From a virus: a DNA stretch of 64,000 nt. Below, in pieces: positions 29,240-38,119 of this stretch. A model generated the notes under the pieces. That model searched no databases, had not been told where the DNA came from, and saw nothing but the letters and a program-made list of their open reading frames with translations. The stretch covers positions 25,066-89,065 of IMG/VR virus record IMGVR_UViG_3300044712_001401; one strand, 5' to 3'. Numbering within the stretch: the first letter of the stretch is position 1; each line of letters begins with the position of its first letter. The translations under genes were made by a program, and so were the position numbers.

Positions 29240-29278
29240 AGCCGTTCGGCGAAGTGCCGGACGGCTTTTTTTTATTTT
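29240..29278 (+). terminator. Rho-independent terminator
   Basis: AGCCGTTCGGC/GCCGGACGGCT stem followed by a long T tract. Confidence 0.8.
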
Positions 29279-29298
29279 GACAGACGGAGACGGTGTTT

Positions 29299-30012
29299 AT
29301 GTCGGCGGATCGGATGGAAGCGGTGGTGCGGCGCGAGCGCGTCGTCGATATGCCGGACGGAAAGAAAATGGTGATTACGGGGCTCGGGCTACAAGACTTT
29401 GTCGCGGCTCGGGACGAGGCGTTGCGGCTCTACCGTCGCGCGCACGTGCAGGCGGTTGAAGACATCGCAGACTTGATTGCGGATGAGGACGAGCGACAAC
29501 GACGCCGGATGAAGGCGTTTGACGAAGCGCAATCGATGACGGTGGATTCGTTGCCTACTCGCGTCGTTTCAATTCCGGTGCGAGACCGCGCCGGGCGTCC
29601 CGTTCGTGCGGTCGGCAAGCCGGGCGAGTATATGACGGTGCAACGCGAAACGGAGTACACCATCTGGTGGATGAGCGAGACGCCGTCGGGGCGTCTATTT
29701 ATGACGTGGCGTTCGTTGCGCGGAGCACCGGGGCAGGAATCCATTACGCTGGACGAGGCGGATACGATTTTCCGGGACGCGGCAGCACAACTGCAATCGA
29801 TCGCGAACGAGGTCGGAGAGTTGTCGAGTACGTCGCTATTGGCCGACGATGCAACGGTGGAGACGCTGGGAAACTCAACAGGCCGGACGTCGTCGAACCC
29901 CACGGGCGGCCGGCCGGAAGTGGCGACAGCAGCGGCGGGGCTATCGAGGCGACAGCGTCGCAACTTGGCGAGGCTGGAACGCCGGCGAAGTCGGCGAGAC
30001 GGCCGGGCGTGA
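29299..30012 (+). CDS. Tail assembly chaperone (G)
   Basis: Between tail tube and tape measure; contains an in-frame slippery heptamer. Confidence 0.65.
   Translation: MSADRMEAVVRRERVVDMPDGKKMVITGLGLQDFVAARDEALRLYRRAHVQAVEDIADLIADEDERQRRRMKAFDEAQSMTVDSLPTRVVSIPVRDRAGRPVRAVGKPGEYMTVQRETEYTIWWMSETPSGRLFMTWRSLRGAPGQESITLDEADTIFRDAAAQLQSIANEVGELSSTSLLADDATVETLGNSTGRTSSNPTGGRPEVATAAAGLSRRQRRNLARLERRRSRRDGRA
29868..29874 (+). other. -1 programmed ribosomal frameshift site G GGA AAC
   Basis: X XXY YYZ in the G frame; the -1 frame stays open to 30386. Confidence 0.65.
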
Positions 30013-30386
30013 ATTGGGCGGTCGTCGCGAGAAAGATTTGTGAAGCCTACCCTGGGGTAACGACGGACGCGGTCGGACGGATGACGATTGACCAAATTCT
30101 GGTTATGGTTTTGCCTATCAAGCAACTCCAAGCTACGCATGGGGTGGTCGAAATTTCGACGGCCGAGGCTGCGGCGTTGGGGCTTGTGCGGCGCGACAGT
30201 AACGGCGAGTCACTCGTTCAACGCATCCGGGCATCCGAAGAACACCGTAGGAAAGTGGCAGCGGCGAGGGCCGAGCGGAAAGAAGAGCGGCGGCGACGTC
30301 GCGAGAAACGGCGAGCGGAAATCGAGCGGCAGACGAAGGCCGATCGTGCTCAACGGCGCAAAGAGCGGCGGCGACGTCGCAGGTAG
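29874..30386 (+). CDS. Tail assembly chaperone frameshift extension (T part of GT)
   Basis: -1 frame ORF with YPGVTTDAVGRMTIDQI; could also start independently at GTG 30009. Confidence 0.55.
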   Translation, partial: LNRPDVVEPHGRPAGSGDSSGGAIEATASQLGEAGTPAKSARRPGVNWAVVARKICEAYPGVTTDAVGRMTIDQILVMVLPIKQLQATHGVVEISTAEAAALGLVRRDSNGESLVQRIRASEEHRRKVAAARAERKEERRRRREKRRAEIERQTKADRAQRRKERRRRRR

Positions 30387-30416
30387 AGCGGACGACGGGC
30401 GGTTTTTGGGGGGCTT

Positions 30417-32429
30417 ATGGCTGCATCTGTAAAACTCGCCGAGGCGTTCGTTGCGCTCACAATGAATCTCGGCGGATTGCGAGAAGGGCTCTCATCCGCC
30501 AAGTCGGAGATCTCCGCCGGCGTTGCTGGATTTCAATCGCTGCTGGGTGGGCTTGGCTTGGCGGGCGGACTGGGTGGGTTCTATCTGGGAGCCGAGGCGG
30601 CTGCCGATTCTGCGCTGCGCGGAATTGACGCGCAAGCGAGGCTCGCGGCCGCGCTCAAGGCTACTGGAGGAGCGGCCGGATTTTCGGCGGAGGAGTTGGC
30701 TTCGTGGGCGGGTGAATTGCAAGACGCAACCAACATCGAAGATGAAACCATCATGGAATCGATGGCGCTCTTGTCGACGTTCAAGAGCGTGCAAAACGAC
30801 GTGTTCAAACGTGGAACGCAAGCGGCTCTCGACTTAGCAAAGACGGGGTTCGGCTCGGCGGAGTCGCAAGCTGTCGCGCTGGGAAAGGCGTTAGAGAATC
30901 CAACAAAGGGCATTACGGCGCTCGGGCGGTCCGGCGTTACGTTTACGGATGCCGAGAAGGCAAAGATCAAGGAGCTACAAAAGAGCGGCAATCTCTACGA
31001 GGCGCAGCTTGTCATCTTGAACGCTGTCGAGGGGCAGGTCAAAGGCGTCGCGGAAGCCATGCGAAACACGCCGGCGGGGCAATACGAGGCGGCGAAAATC
31101 GCGCTCGGAGATTTGCAAGAGGAGCTAGGCGGAGCCGTCTTGCCTAGTCTTACGCGATTCAAGCAGCAGGTCGTCTCGGCGGCCGGCGTGGGGCTCGTCT
31201 TCGCGAAGGGGCTCCTGGCGGTCAATGACGCGTTAGGCGGGATGCCTGGAACACTCGCGGCCGTTTCGTCTGGCGTCATGGCGGTCGCGGCGGCGCTCAA
31301 GGCGGCGCGGCTCGCGGGTCTCACGTTCGGCGCTGCCATGCGGACCGCATTGATTGGGACCGGCGTTGGTATTTTGCTGGTGGCGTTGGGCTCGATAGCC
31401 TCGCTGATTTGGTCGGCGATTGAGGCGGCGATCGAGTTCGCAAAAACGCAGGGCGAGTGGGAGGGAATTGTCGCGCAGTTTTCGGTTGCGTGGGAAAACG
31501 TGGTCGCTTCGTTCGACGCGATTTGGCAATCGCTGGTTTCAATTGCGACGTCGGCGCTTGCGGCAATCGGCATCGACATTGAGACAACGACAGAGGACGG
31601 CTTGTCGTCGTTTGGCTCGTTCGTGCTCTCGGCGATTCAATGGTTTGCGGACTTGGCGGTGAACGCGTCCGAGTGGCTGCGAGTCATTGCCGAGAACGCC
31701 GGGACCGTTTGGGAAATGGTGAAAAACGGTCTCTGGGTCGCGTTGCTCTTCATGGGCGATTTGCTGATGAACTGGCCGGGTGTTTGGTCTTACATGAGCG
31801 GGCGAGTGTTACGGTTCTTCTGGGACATGCTGATGTCGTTGATCGACTTCCTGGCGAAAGCCCTGGAAGTAATGGCGAACGCGGTCGGGGAGTTTGTGGG
31901 GTGGCTCTGGGACGCAATCAAAGCGGCTATCACCGGAGACGCAATCCCAGATTTTTTCGCGTCGCTCTCGTCGAGATTGATGCAAGAAGCAGCCGACGTT
32001 GGGACCGCGTTTCAAGACGGCTGGAACAAGGCGGGGATGTCGCTTACGTGGCAGCCATCGGCGGCGTTTACGAACGCGATTAAAGAGCAGGAGCGACTCG
32101 CCGATAAGTTACTAGACGCAAAGGCGCAGCTAGAAGCCGGCCGTGGCGGGCGTCTTGCGGACCTTCTCAAAGGTGACAAGAAAATCGGCAATGGAAACGC
32201 GGACCGAAAAGTTGAAATCAGCGCGGCCGAGCTAAAAGTTCCCAGCGGGTTCATCCAGTTTGACGCGCTCGGAAAAAGTTTCCAAGACGCGATGATTGAG
32301 AAGAACGACCCAGCCAAGCAAACGGCGAAAAATACCGACCTGATGCGACAAGCGGCGGAGCGTCAAGAGCAACTCTTGAAAGACATCAAGGCGAACACGG
32401 AAGACGAAGATCAGGTTGCGGACGACTAG
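30417..32429 (+). CDS. Tape measure protein
   Basis: A/G-rich helical sequence; ALGKALENPTKGITAL; periodic Trp. Confidence 0.85.
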   Translation: MAASVKLAEAFVALTMNLGGLREGLSSAKSEISAGVAGFQSLLGGLGLAGGLGGFYLGAEAAADSALRGIDAQARLAAALKATGGAAGFSAEELASWAGELQDATNIEDETIMESMALLSTFKSVQNDVFKRGTQAALDLAKTGFGSAESQAVALGKALENPTKGITALGRSGVTFTDAEKAKIKELQKSGNLYEAQLVILNAVEGQVKGVAEAMRNTPAGQYEAAKIALGDLQEELGGAVLPSLTRFKQQVVSAAGVGLVFAKGLLAVNDALGGMPGTLAAVSSGVMAVAAALKAARLAGLTFGAAMRTALIGTGVGILLVALGSIASLIWSAIEAAIEFAKTQGEWEGIVAQFSVAWENVVASFDAIWQSLVSIATSALAAIGIDIETTTEDGLSSFGSFVLSAIQWFADLAVNASEWLRVIAENAGTVWEMVKNGLWVALLFMGDLLMNWPGVWSYMSGRVLRFFWDMLMSLIDFLAKALEVMANAVGEFVGWLWDAIKAAITGDAIPDFFASLSSRLMQEAADVGTAFQDGWNKAGMSLTWQPSAAFTNAIKEQERLADKLLDAKAQLEAGRGGRLADLLKGDKKIGNGNADRKVEISAAELKVPSGFIQFDALGKSFQDAMIEKNDPAKQTAKNTDLMRQAAERQEQLLKDIKANTEDEDQVADD

Positions 32430-32449
32430 ACCGCTCCGGGAGGTTAGTT

Positions 32450-33376
32450 ATGGGCTCTGATATTGACGACGCGCGCCTAGCTACCGATGGCGGGATTCCG
32501 TACAAGCTCATGGAGGGCTATCCGCGAATCTCCGCAAGCGACGACGGCTGCTCAGCGGAGGAGCAATACTTGATTCGCTCGCGAGACGTCGCGGCGTTCT
32601 TTGCGGAATCGATGCCTCCGCCGATTGTGTTTCTTGATTTCATTACGCAGCCGGCGCGGCGGCGTATGCCGGGAACCGGATTCTTGGTGACAAAGGAGGT
32701 TTCGTTCGAGCCATTCGACAAAACGAAACCGGGCGATCCGTTTCGCGTTGATCCGTCGGCGGCGTCCGGAACCTATTCAGATTTGTACGTCGCGAATATC
32801 AAGTACGAGACAGGGCAGGAGAGCGACGAGACAGAGCACGACGAGAACAAGCCGGAGACGTTTCTGGAGCATGACGTCAACGTGGGCGGCGAGTTCCTTA
32901 GTATTCCGCCAGCAAAGACGAAGATTGTCGAAGACGACCTAGGGACTCCGCAATCGTACGGCGCAGCGGTGGACAATCCGGATCGCAATTCTCCGGTGCA
33001 AAAAATCGTCGCGACGATGGAGCATAACTTGCGGTGGAAGTTCGTGCTCGTGCCTCCGTGGGAAGAAATTCTGCGACAGTTAGGCCACGTGAACCGCGCA
33101 CGTCATGCGGTTTTTTTTGACTCGCCCGCCGAGTGCGTTTTGTTCATGGGAGTGAGTGGGAAGCGGCAGTACCTTTGGAACGGCGCAAGCGTCGTCGTAC
33201 AACCGTGGAGTCTCGACTACAAGTTTTCCGCGAAAGAGATTACCGAGGGCGCGAACACCTGGGGTTGGAATCACGTGTACTCTCCCGACAAGGGAAAGTT
33301 TGTGCGGCTATTTCGCGCGGGCGGGCTGCCGTTGTACGAGTCTGCCGATTTCACGCTTCTATTTAAGAAGGGGTAG
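32450..33376 (+). CDS. Tail tip/distal tail-like protein
   Basis: Immediately after the tape measure; GGAGG RBS. Confidence 0.55.
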   Translation: MGSDIDDARLATDGGIPYKLMEGYPRISASDDGCSAEEQYLIRSRDVAAFFAESMPPPIVFLDFITQPARRRMPGTGFLVTKEVSFEPFDKTKPGDPFRVDPSAASGTYSDLYVANIKYETGQESDETEHDENKPETFLEHDVNVGGEFLSIPPAKTKIVEDDLGTPQSYGAAVDNPDRNSPVQKIVATMEHNLRWKFVLVPPWEEILRQLGHVNRARHAVFFDSPAECVLFMGVSGKRQYLWNGASVVVQPWSLDYKFSAKEITEGANTWGWNHVYSPDKGKFVRLFRAGGLPLYESADFTLLFKKG

Positions 33377-33379
33377 AAC

Positions 33380-35053
33380 GTGCCACGCGAGCCGATGAGA
33401 GAGCACTCCGGGACCGGCGCTTACAAGGTCTCCGGAAAATGGCTTACGCAGCATGCGCGGCTGCACAATGCCGATTTGTTGGGGAACGGCGTTGGATGGG
33501 ACCGCCGCACGAAGGGACACATCGGCGCGCAAAACTCCGACGAGCCACTTCGTATTGGGCCGGCGACGATTGTTGAAGTTGTATCTGGCGAGGCGTTCAC
33601 GTATCGCGCGCGGTTTCGTTGGTGGTCGGGGACGTCTGGAATTTGGCAAGAAATGCAGGAAGACCTGCTGCTTGATTCGTCGGCATACTGGGAGGGCATC
33701 GTCTCAGACGAATCGGTTGAAGTCGGCATCTCGGGTGTGTGCTCGTTGCTCTCGGACGCGAGCAACTCTCCGGTGGCCGGGCCGGCGTTTGGTGCGATTC
33801 CAACGTTTTACGCAGGCGATGTGGTGATTGCTTATTGGGACTCCGTGCGGCAGCGGCTCATTCCGATTATTTCTCCGCCGGAGCCAGAAGCGCAAGCCGA
33901 GTTCGTTTCGCTCACGCAGCAAGCGATTGCGTATCGAGCCGACCGCCCCGATTCAAACTATGTCGAGGCGTATATTGAAGTCTTGTTGCCGGCCGGTTCC
34001 TGGACGCGTCGCGCAAAGATTTGTTGGCCGGTTCCTCGTTACGACCGGGGGCGGTGGTACGATAGCCGGTCAGGCTTTTTGACGTTCTACGCACCGAACG
34101 CGTTGGGCTCAACTACGAGCGTTCGGATGCGTTTTGTGTCGTCCGTTTCGTCTTACGAAATTGACGTTCTTGAAGCTCGTCTGCGGTTCTACCCAATTGC
34201 GAGATTGTCAGTTGGAGCTACGGGGACCGGCTCGACTGTCTCGGGGCGTTCTGGCGGAACCGTAAAGACGGGTTTTGCTGTCATCGGTGGAACGCCGGGG
34301 CGATTTGCCGATTCGCCCTATTTTTCGACTGCCGGCGGACCGGTCGATATCAGCTATTCGGACGCGTGCGACGGCTGGGTTATCGGTCTGGAATACTCGG
34401 CGATAATTGGCAACATCGAGCAATCATCGTCTGCCTCGTCGTCGTCTAGTTCGTCGTCGAGCAGCAGCAGCTCGTCTAGTTCGTCTAGCTCGTCGTCGAG
34501 CAGTAGCAGCTCGTCGAAGTCGTCATCCTCGTCAAGCGAGTCGTCAGAGCACACCTACTGCTACTGCGTGGTTGTCTCGGACGTAATTTGCAACTTGGAC
34601 GGAACGGTCGCGGCCGTATGTTATACGACGCTGACGCTGCCGATGGTCAATGGTAGCTGCGCGACTGTGTGCGGCACTCAATACTGCGTCCCGTGCGGCG
34701 AACGGTCCTCCGCATCGTCGATGTCGTCGGTGTCGTCGCAGTCGTCTCGCTCGTCGTCGTCGCACTCGTCTTCGTCGAAGTCGTCTTCGTCTTCGTCGTC
34801 TTCGTCGCACTCGTCTTCGAGCAAGTCGAGCGTGTCAAGTTTGTCGAGCGTGTCGAGCAACTCGGCGACGTCGATCAGCGCGTTGCTATTTTGCGAGGGC
34901 GGCTGCTTGTGGGTGGCGACGCAAGTAGAGCCGTACGTTTGGGACACTCCGCCGGTCGATACGTGCGAGGCGGGCTGCGAGTGTCCACCCCCGTCGCGTC
35001 CAACTCCGACGGGACCAGAAGACCAACTCTATGATTTTTGCGTGCCGAGCTAG
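33380..35053 (+). CDS. Tail-associated protein with two poly-Ser tracts and Cys-rich domains
   Basis: Ser tracts about 34420-34545 and 34705-34880, flanking Cys clusters. Confidence 0.65.
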   Translation: MPREPMREHSGTGAYKVSGKWLTQHARLHNADLLGNGVGWDRRTKGHIGAQNSDEPLRIGPATIVEVVSGEAFTYRARFRWWSGTSGIWQEMQEDLLLDSSAYWEGIVSDESVEVGISGVCSLLSDASNSPVAGPAFGAIPTFYAGDVVIAYWDSVRQRLIPIISPPEPEAQAEFVSLTQQAIAYRADRPDSNYVEAYIEVLLPAGSWTRRAKICWPVPRYDRGRWYDSRSGFLTFYAPNALGSTTSVRMRFVSSVSSYEIDVLEARLRFYPIARLSVGATGTGSTVSGRSGGTVKTGFAVIGGTPGRFADSPYFSTAGGPVDISYSDACDGWVIGLEYSAIIGNIEQSSSASSSSSSSSSSSSSSSSSSSSSSSSSSSKSSSSSSESSEHTYCYCVVVSDVICNLDGTVAAVCYTTLTLPMVNGSCATVCGTQYCVPCGERSSASSMSSVSSQSSRSSSSHSSSSKSSSSSSSSSHSSSSKSSVSSLSSVSSNSATSISALLFCEGGCLWVATQVEPYVWDTPPVDTCEAGCECPPPSRPTPTGPEDQLYDFCVPS

Positions 35054-35065
35054 ACGGAGCGAGCG

Positions 35066-36559
35066 ATGAGGCGGAGACGACGAAGCGGTGGCGGAGTGTC
35101 GTCGGCAATCGCGAGATATCGCGAGGCGATGGGGCGATGGAAAGCGGCCGGCAGTCCGCTTCGGACACCACAACGGATTGAGTACATCCACAAAAAAATT
35201 TGTCGGCCGTGCACTCATTACAAACCATTGCTCGGCGATTTTGGGGTCTGTCGGCTTTGCATGTGCAGCCTGAACTTAGGCAATCGCATGAACAAGCTAG
35301 CGTGGGCAACCGAAGAGTGTCCGGACGACCCGCCAAGGTGGCTTGCGGAGATTCCGGTTCCGGCGTCGTCCTCTCCGGTGAGCGGCGTTGCTCTCGGGGG
35401 CGACGTCCAACTAGACCAGACGGAGATAGACGGCATGACGGACCAACCGACGGTGGCGGAGACAGGCGATCGAGAAGAGAATACCGGGCGACGAGCCAGA
35501 ATCGAACGGCGCGCCGCGCGGCGAGCCGCAAGGCGAGCGGCGCGAGAAGCAGAACGGCAATCGGCGGATGCAGGGGCTTTAGATCACGTCGTAGCGGACG
35601 CGTCCGCCGGGGCGTTGGCAGAATCCGTCGAGCGACGCCGGCGACGTCGCGAGCGACGAGCGGCTCCGCCGGCTATATCGCTTCCGGCAAACGCCGACCC
35701 GCTGGAGTTATTTGGCAAAAATAGCGAGCCAATCGGCCACGCGTTGCGCAACTTGTGGGCTCCTGCGCCGGCGTTTCTGGTGTGCGGAGGACCGTCGCTC
35801 CGCTCGCTCGACGTCTCTCTGCTCGGGCAGCGTGGCGTTGTCTCGCTAGGCGTGAACAACGTCGCGGGGTTCGCGCCCGTGCGCGCTTTCGTGTGCTCGG
35901 ACCCGCCGGAAAAGTTTCATCACGGGATCTGGCTGGACCCAGCGATTCTCAAGTTTGTGCCACGACCAAAACTCCCGAAACGGATTCGCGCCAAACGCGA
36001 GGATGGCTCGTTCGCGTTTACGTCAATGAGAGTCGCGGACTGCCCATCAACTTTTGCCTTTACGCGAGATTCCGAGTGGGAGCCGGAAAACTTCTTGCGA
36101 CGTCCGGCGGCGACGTGGGGCGTTGGCAAGGGCGCGGCGGAAAAGACCGGACGTCCGAAGCAATTTTGTACGATGCTGCTCGGGCTGCGGCTACTCTGTT
36201 ATCTCGGCGCGCGTCGCGTGTACTTGCTAGGCGTTGATTTTGCGATGGGACCAACGGACGAGAGCGGAGCCGGGAACGGATACGCGTTTAACGAGCGGCG
36301 AGACGTCGACGCGGCGGCGAGCAACAACGCCAAATACAAAGACGTTGCAAAGCTCGTCGCGGAGCTGCGGCCGACGTTCGAGGCGGCCGGCGTCGAAGTG
36401 TTTAATTGCAACGCGTCTTCGGCACTGACGGCGTTTCCGTTCGTGTCGTTCGAGGACGCGATTGCCGACGCTCGCCACCATATTCCGCCAGAGCCGTTTG
36501 ACTTGCTCGGGTGGTACGACAAAGACGACGAGCGAGAGCGAAAAGCCGACGCGGATTAA
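35066..36559 (+). CDS. Cys-rich N-terminal domain plus Maf/DUF115-like glycosyltransferase-related domain
   Basis: CRPC...CRLCMC...ECP; AFLVCGGPSL, LGVNN and YLGARRVYLLGVDF. Confidence 0.62.
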   Translation: MRRRRRSGGGVSSAIARYREAMGRWKAAGSPLRTPQRIEYIHKKICRPCTHYKPLLGDFGVCRLCMCSLNLGNRMNKLAWATEECPDDPPRWLAEIPVPASSSPVSGVALGGDVQLDQTEIDGMTDQPTVAETGDREENTGRRARIERRAARRAARRAAREAERQSADAGALDHVVADASAGALAESVERRRRRRERRAAPPAISLPANADPLELFGKNSEPIGHALRNLWAPAPAFLVCGGPSLRSLDVSLLGQRGVVSLGVNNVAGFAPVRAFVCSDPPEKFHHGIWLDPAILKFVPRPKLPKRIRAKREDGSFAFTSMRVADCPSTFAFTRDSEWEPENFLRRPAATWGVGKGAAEKTGRPKQFCTMLLGLRLLCYLGARRVYLLGVDFAMGPTDESGAGNGYAFNERRDVDAAASNNAKYKDVAKLVAELRPTFEAAGVEVFNCNASSALTAFPFVSFEDAIADARHHIPPEPFDLLGWYDKDDERERKADAD

Positions 36560-36588
36560 GGCAAACCGCAAATAAAATCCGCAAGTGC

Positions 36589-36664
36589 GGTCGATTTTAC
36601 GAAAAAAGAACCTGCGGTTTTCATGCAGGAAACCGCAGGATTTCGTGAATCGACCATTTTTTTT
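36589..36664 (+). terminator. Long imperfect hairpin plus T tract ending the structural operon
   Basis: GGTCGATT..ACGAAA..CCTGCGGTTT / AAACCGCAGG..TTTCGT..AATCGACC followed by T8. Confidence 0.6.
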
Positions 36665-36681
36665 GGTGGATTGCGTGCAGT

Positions 36682-36774
36682 GGGCTTGCATCCTATGCCG
36701 ACTGTGGTAGTATTACCCCATCGGACGCACGGGGCGGACGAGACGAAAAGACGAGACGACGGGAGACGGGAAAC
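36682..36774 (+). promoter_or_regulatory. Repeated promoter/leader element, copy 2
   Basis: TTGCAT(36686)-16-TAGTAT; TACCCCATCGGACGCACGGGGCGGACGAGACG...ACGGGAGACGGGA then ATG. Confidence 0.75.
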
Positions 36775-37614
36775 ATGAACGCCAACGAAATGACCTTCGG
36801 GATCGAAATCGAAACGCACGCCGGAGCCCAAGCCATCGCGGCGGGGTTGGTCGTCGGAGGCTACGGAGTTGGAACCCAAGTCCCCTACCTTCCGGCCGGC
36901 TGGAAAGCGAGCCGAGACGGGTCAATCAACGCACCGGCCGGGCGAGTTTCGGCCGAAATCGTCTCGCCCATCCTGAAAGGCGAAGAGGGCTTGCGGCAAG
37001 TGGTCGAAGTCGTGCGAGCCTTGAATGCTCACGGACACCAAGTCAATGCGTCGTGCGGCGTTCACGTTCACGTGGGGTTCGACCCCCGGCTGCCGGCCGA
37101 AAAGCTCGCTCGGCTTATGTCGGCCGTATCGCACCTGGAACGAGCCTTGTACGCCATCACGGGCACGAAGTCGCGAGAACGTGGTCACTATTGCGGCGGA
37201 ATCCGCAAGTATGGCAATGTCAACGAAGCCAAGCGGAACATGGACCGGAGCCGGTATCACCTGCTCAACATCACCAACTTGGCTTCCGGCCGTCGGCCGA
37301 CCGTGGAGTTCCGCGTGTTCTCCGGCTCGCTCAACGAAGTCAAAATCGCGGGCTGGGTTCAAGTGGCTCTCGGCATCGTCGAGCGAGCCTTGAGCACGAC
37401 CCGCGCCCCGAAGTGGGAGCCGAACGCTCGCAAGCTGTACGCCGGAACGGCGACCAGCGAGTGCCTTCGCCTGTTGCAATATCTCGGGTGGTATTTCGCC
37501 CCGGAAACGACCAAGCACTGGGGTTGGCTTGGTAACGTCGTCGCGTTGAAAGACGTCCGCAAGATGTTCCGCCGGCTCGCCAAGAAGTACGACGCGGAAC
37601 CGGCCGTCGCCTAG
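36775..37614 (+). CDS. Putative amidoligase (COOH-NH2 ligase, Amidoligase_2)
   Basis: TFGIEIE, DGSI, EIVSPIL, SCGVHVHVG and TVEFR. Confidence 0.85.
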   Translation: MNANEMTFGIEIETHAGAQAIAAGLVVGGYGVGTQVPYLPAGWKASRDGSINAPAGRVSAEIVSPILKGEEGLRQVVEVVRALNAHGHQVNASCGVHVHVGFDPRLPAEKLARLMSAVSHLERALYAITGTKSRERGHYCGGIRKYGNVNEAKRNMDRSRYHLLNITNLASGRRPTVEFRVFSGSLNEVKIAGWVQVALGIVERALSTTRAPKWEPNARKLYAGTATSECLRLLQYLGWYFAPETTKHWGWLGNVVALKDVRKMFRRLAKKYDAEPAVA

Positions 37615-37625
37615 TCGGACGCGAG

Positions 37626-37653
37626 CGGGGGGCGGCTCGCGGAGCCGCCCCCG
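37626..37653. terminator. GC-rich hairpin after the amidoligase
   Basis: GGGGGCGGCTC/GAGCCGCCCCC inverted repeat; weak U tract. Confidence 0.45.
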
Positions 37654-37664
37654 TTCGGGGCTCG

Positions 37665-37767
37665 CAAAAAGAAAACCGGAAATCTTGTGCGGTGGGCTTG
37701 CATCCTATTCCGATGGTGGTAGTATTACCCCATCGGACGAACGCAACGCAAACGGGAGACGGGAATC
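37665..37767 (+). promoter_or_regulatory. Repeated promoter/leader element, copy 3
   Basis: TTGCAT(37698)-16-TAGTAT inside the dyad CCGATGG-T-GGTA-GTAT-TACC-CCATCGG. Confidence 0.75.
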
Positions 37768-38064
37768 ATGAACGCCAACGAAACGAACGAAGTGCGAAAC
37801 GAAGACAAGCCGGTGCTCGTTGGAATCCTGCGTAACGCGAGCCGTCTTGGCTCGACGCTCGCAGACCTAGCGGCGGACACTGGTTTTACGGCTGCACGAA
37901 TCGCGGCCGTTGCCAAGCGATACGAGGGGCGACGCTTTCGCGGCGGAGTCATCACCTATGTCGCGCCGCAGTCCGGCTCGTTCAAGTCCGCCTGCCCTGG
38001 AATCAAGAACCCGCGAACGGGCATCTCCGGCCGAGTTCCGGCCGAAGTTTTCGTGACGCGTTAG
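37768..38064 (+). CDS. Small HTH-like hypothetical protein
   Basis: STLADLAADTGFTAARIAAV; first six residues resemble the amidoligase start (MNANE). Confidence 0.6.
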   Translation: MNANETNEVRNEDKPVLVGILRNASRLGSTLADLAADTGFTAARIAAVAKRYEGRRFRGGVITYVAPQSGSFKSACPGIKNPRTGISGRVPAEVFVTR

Positions 38065-38119
38065 ACGAGACAAAACGGAACGAGACTAAACGAACAACTA
38101 GACGACGGGAGAGATTACG

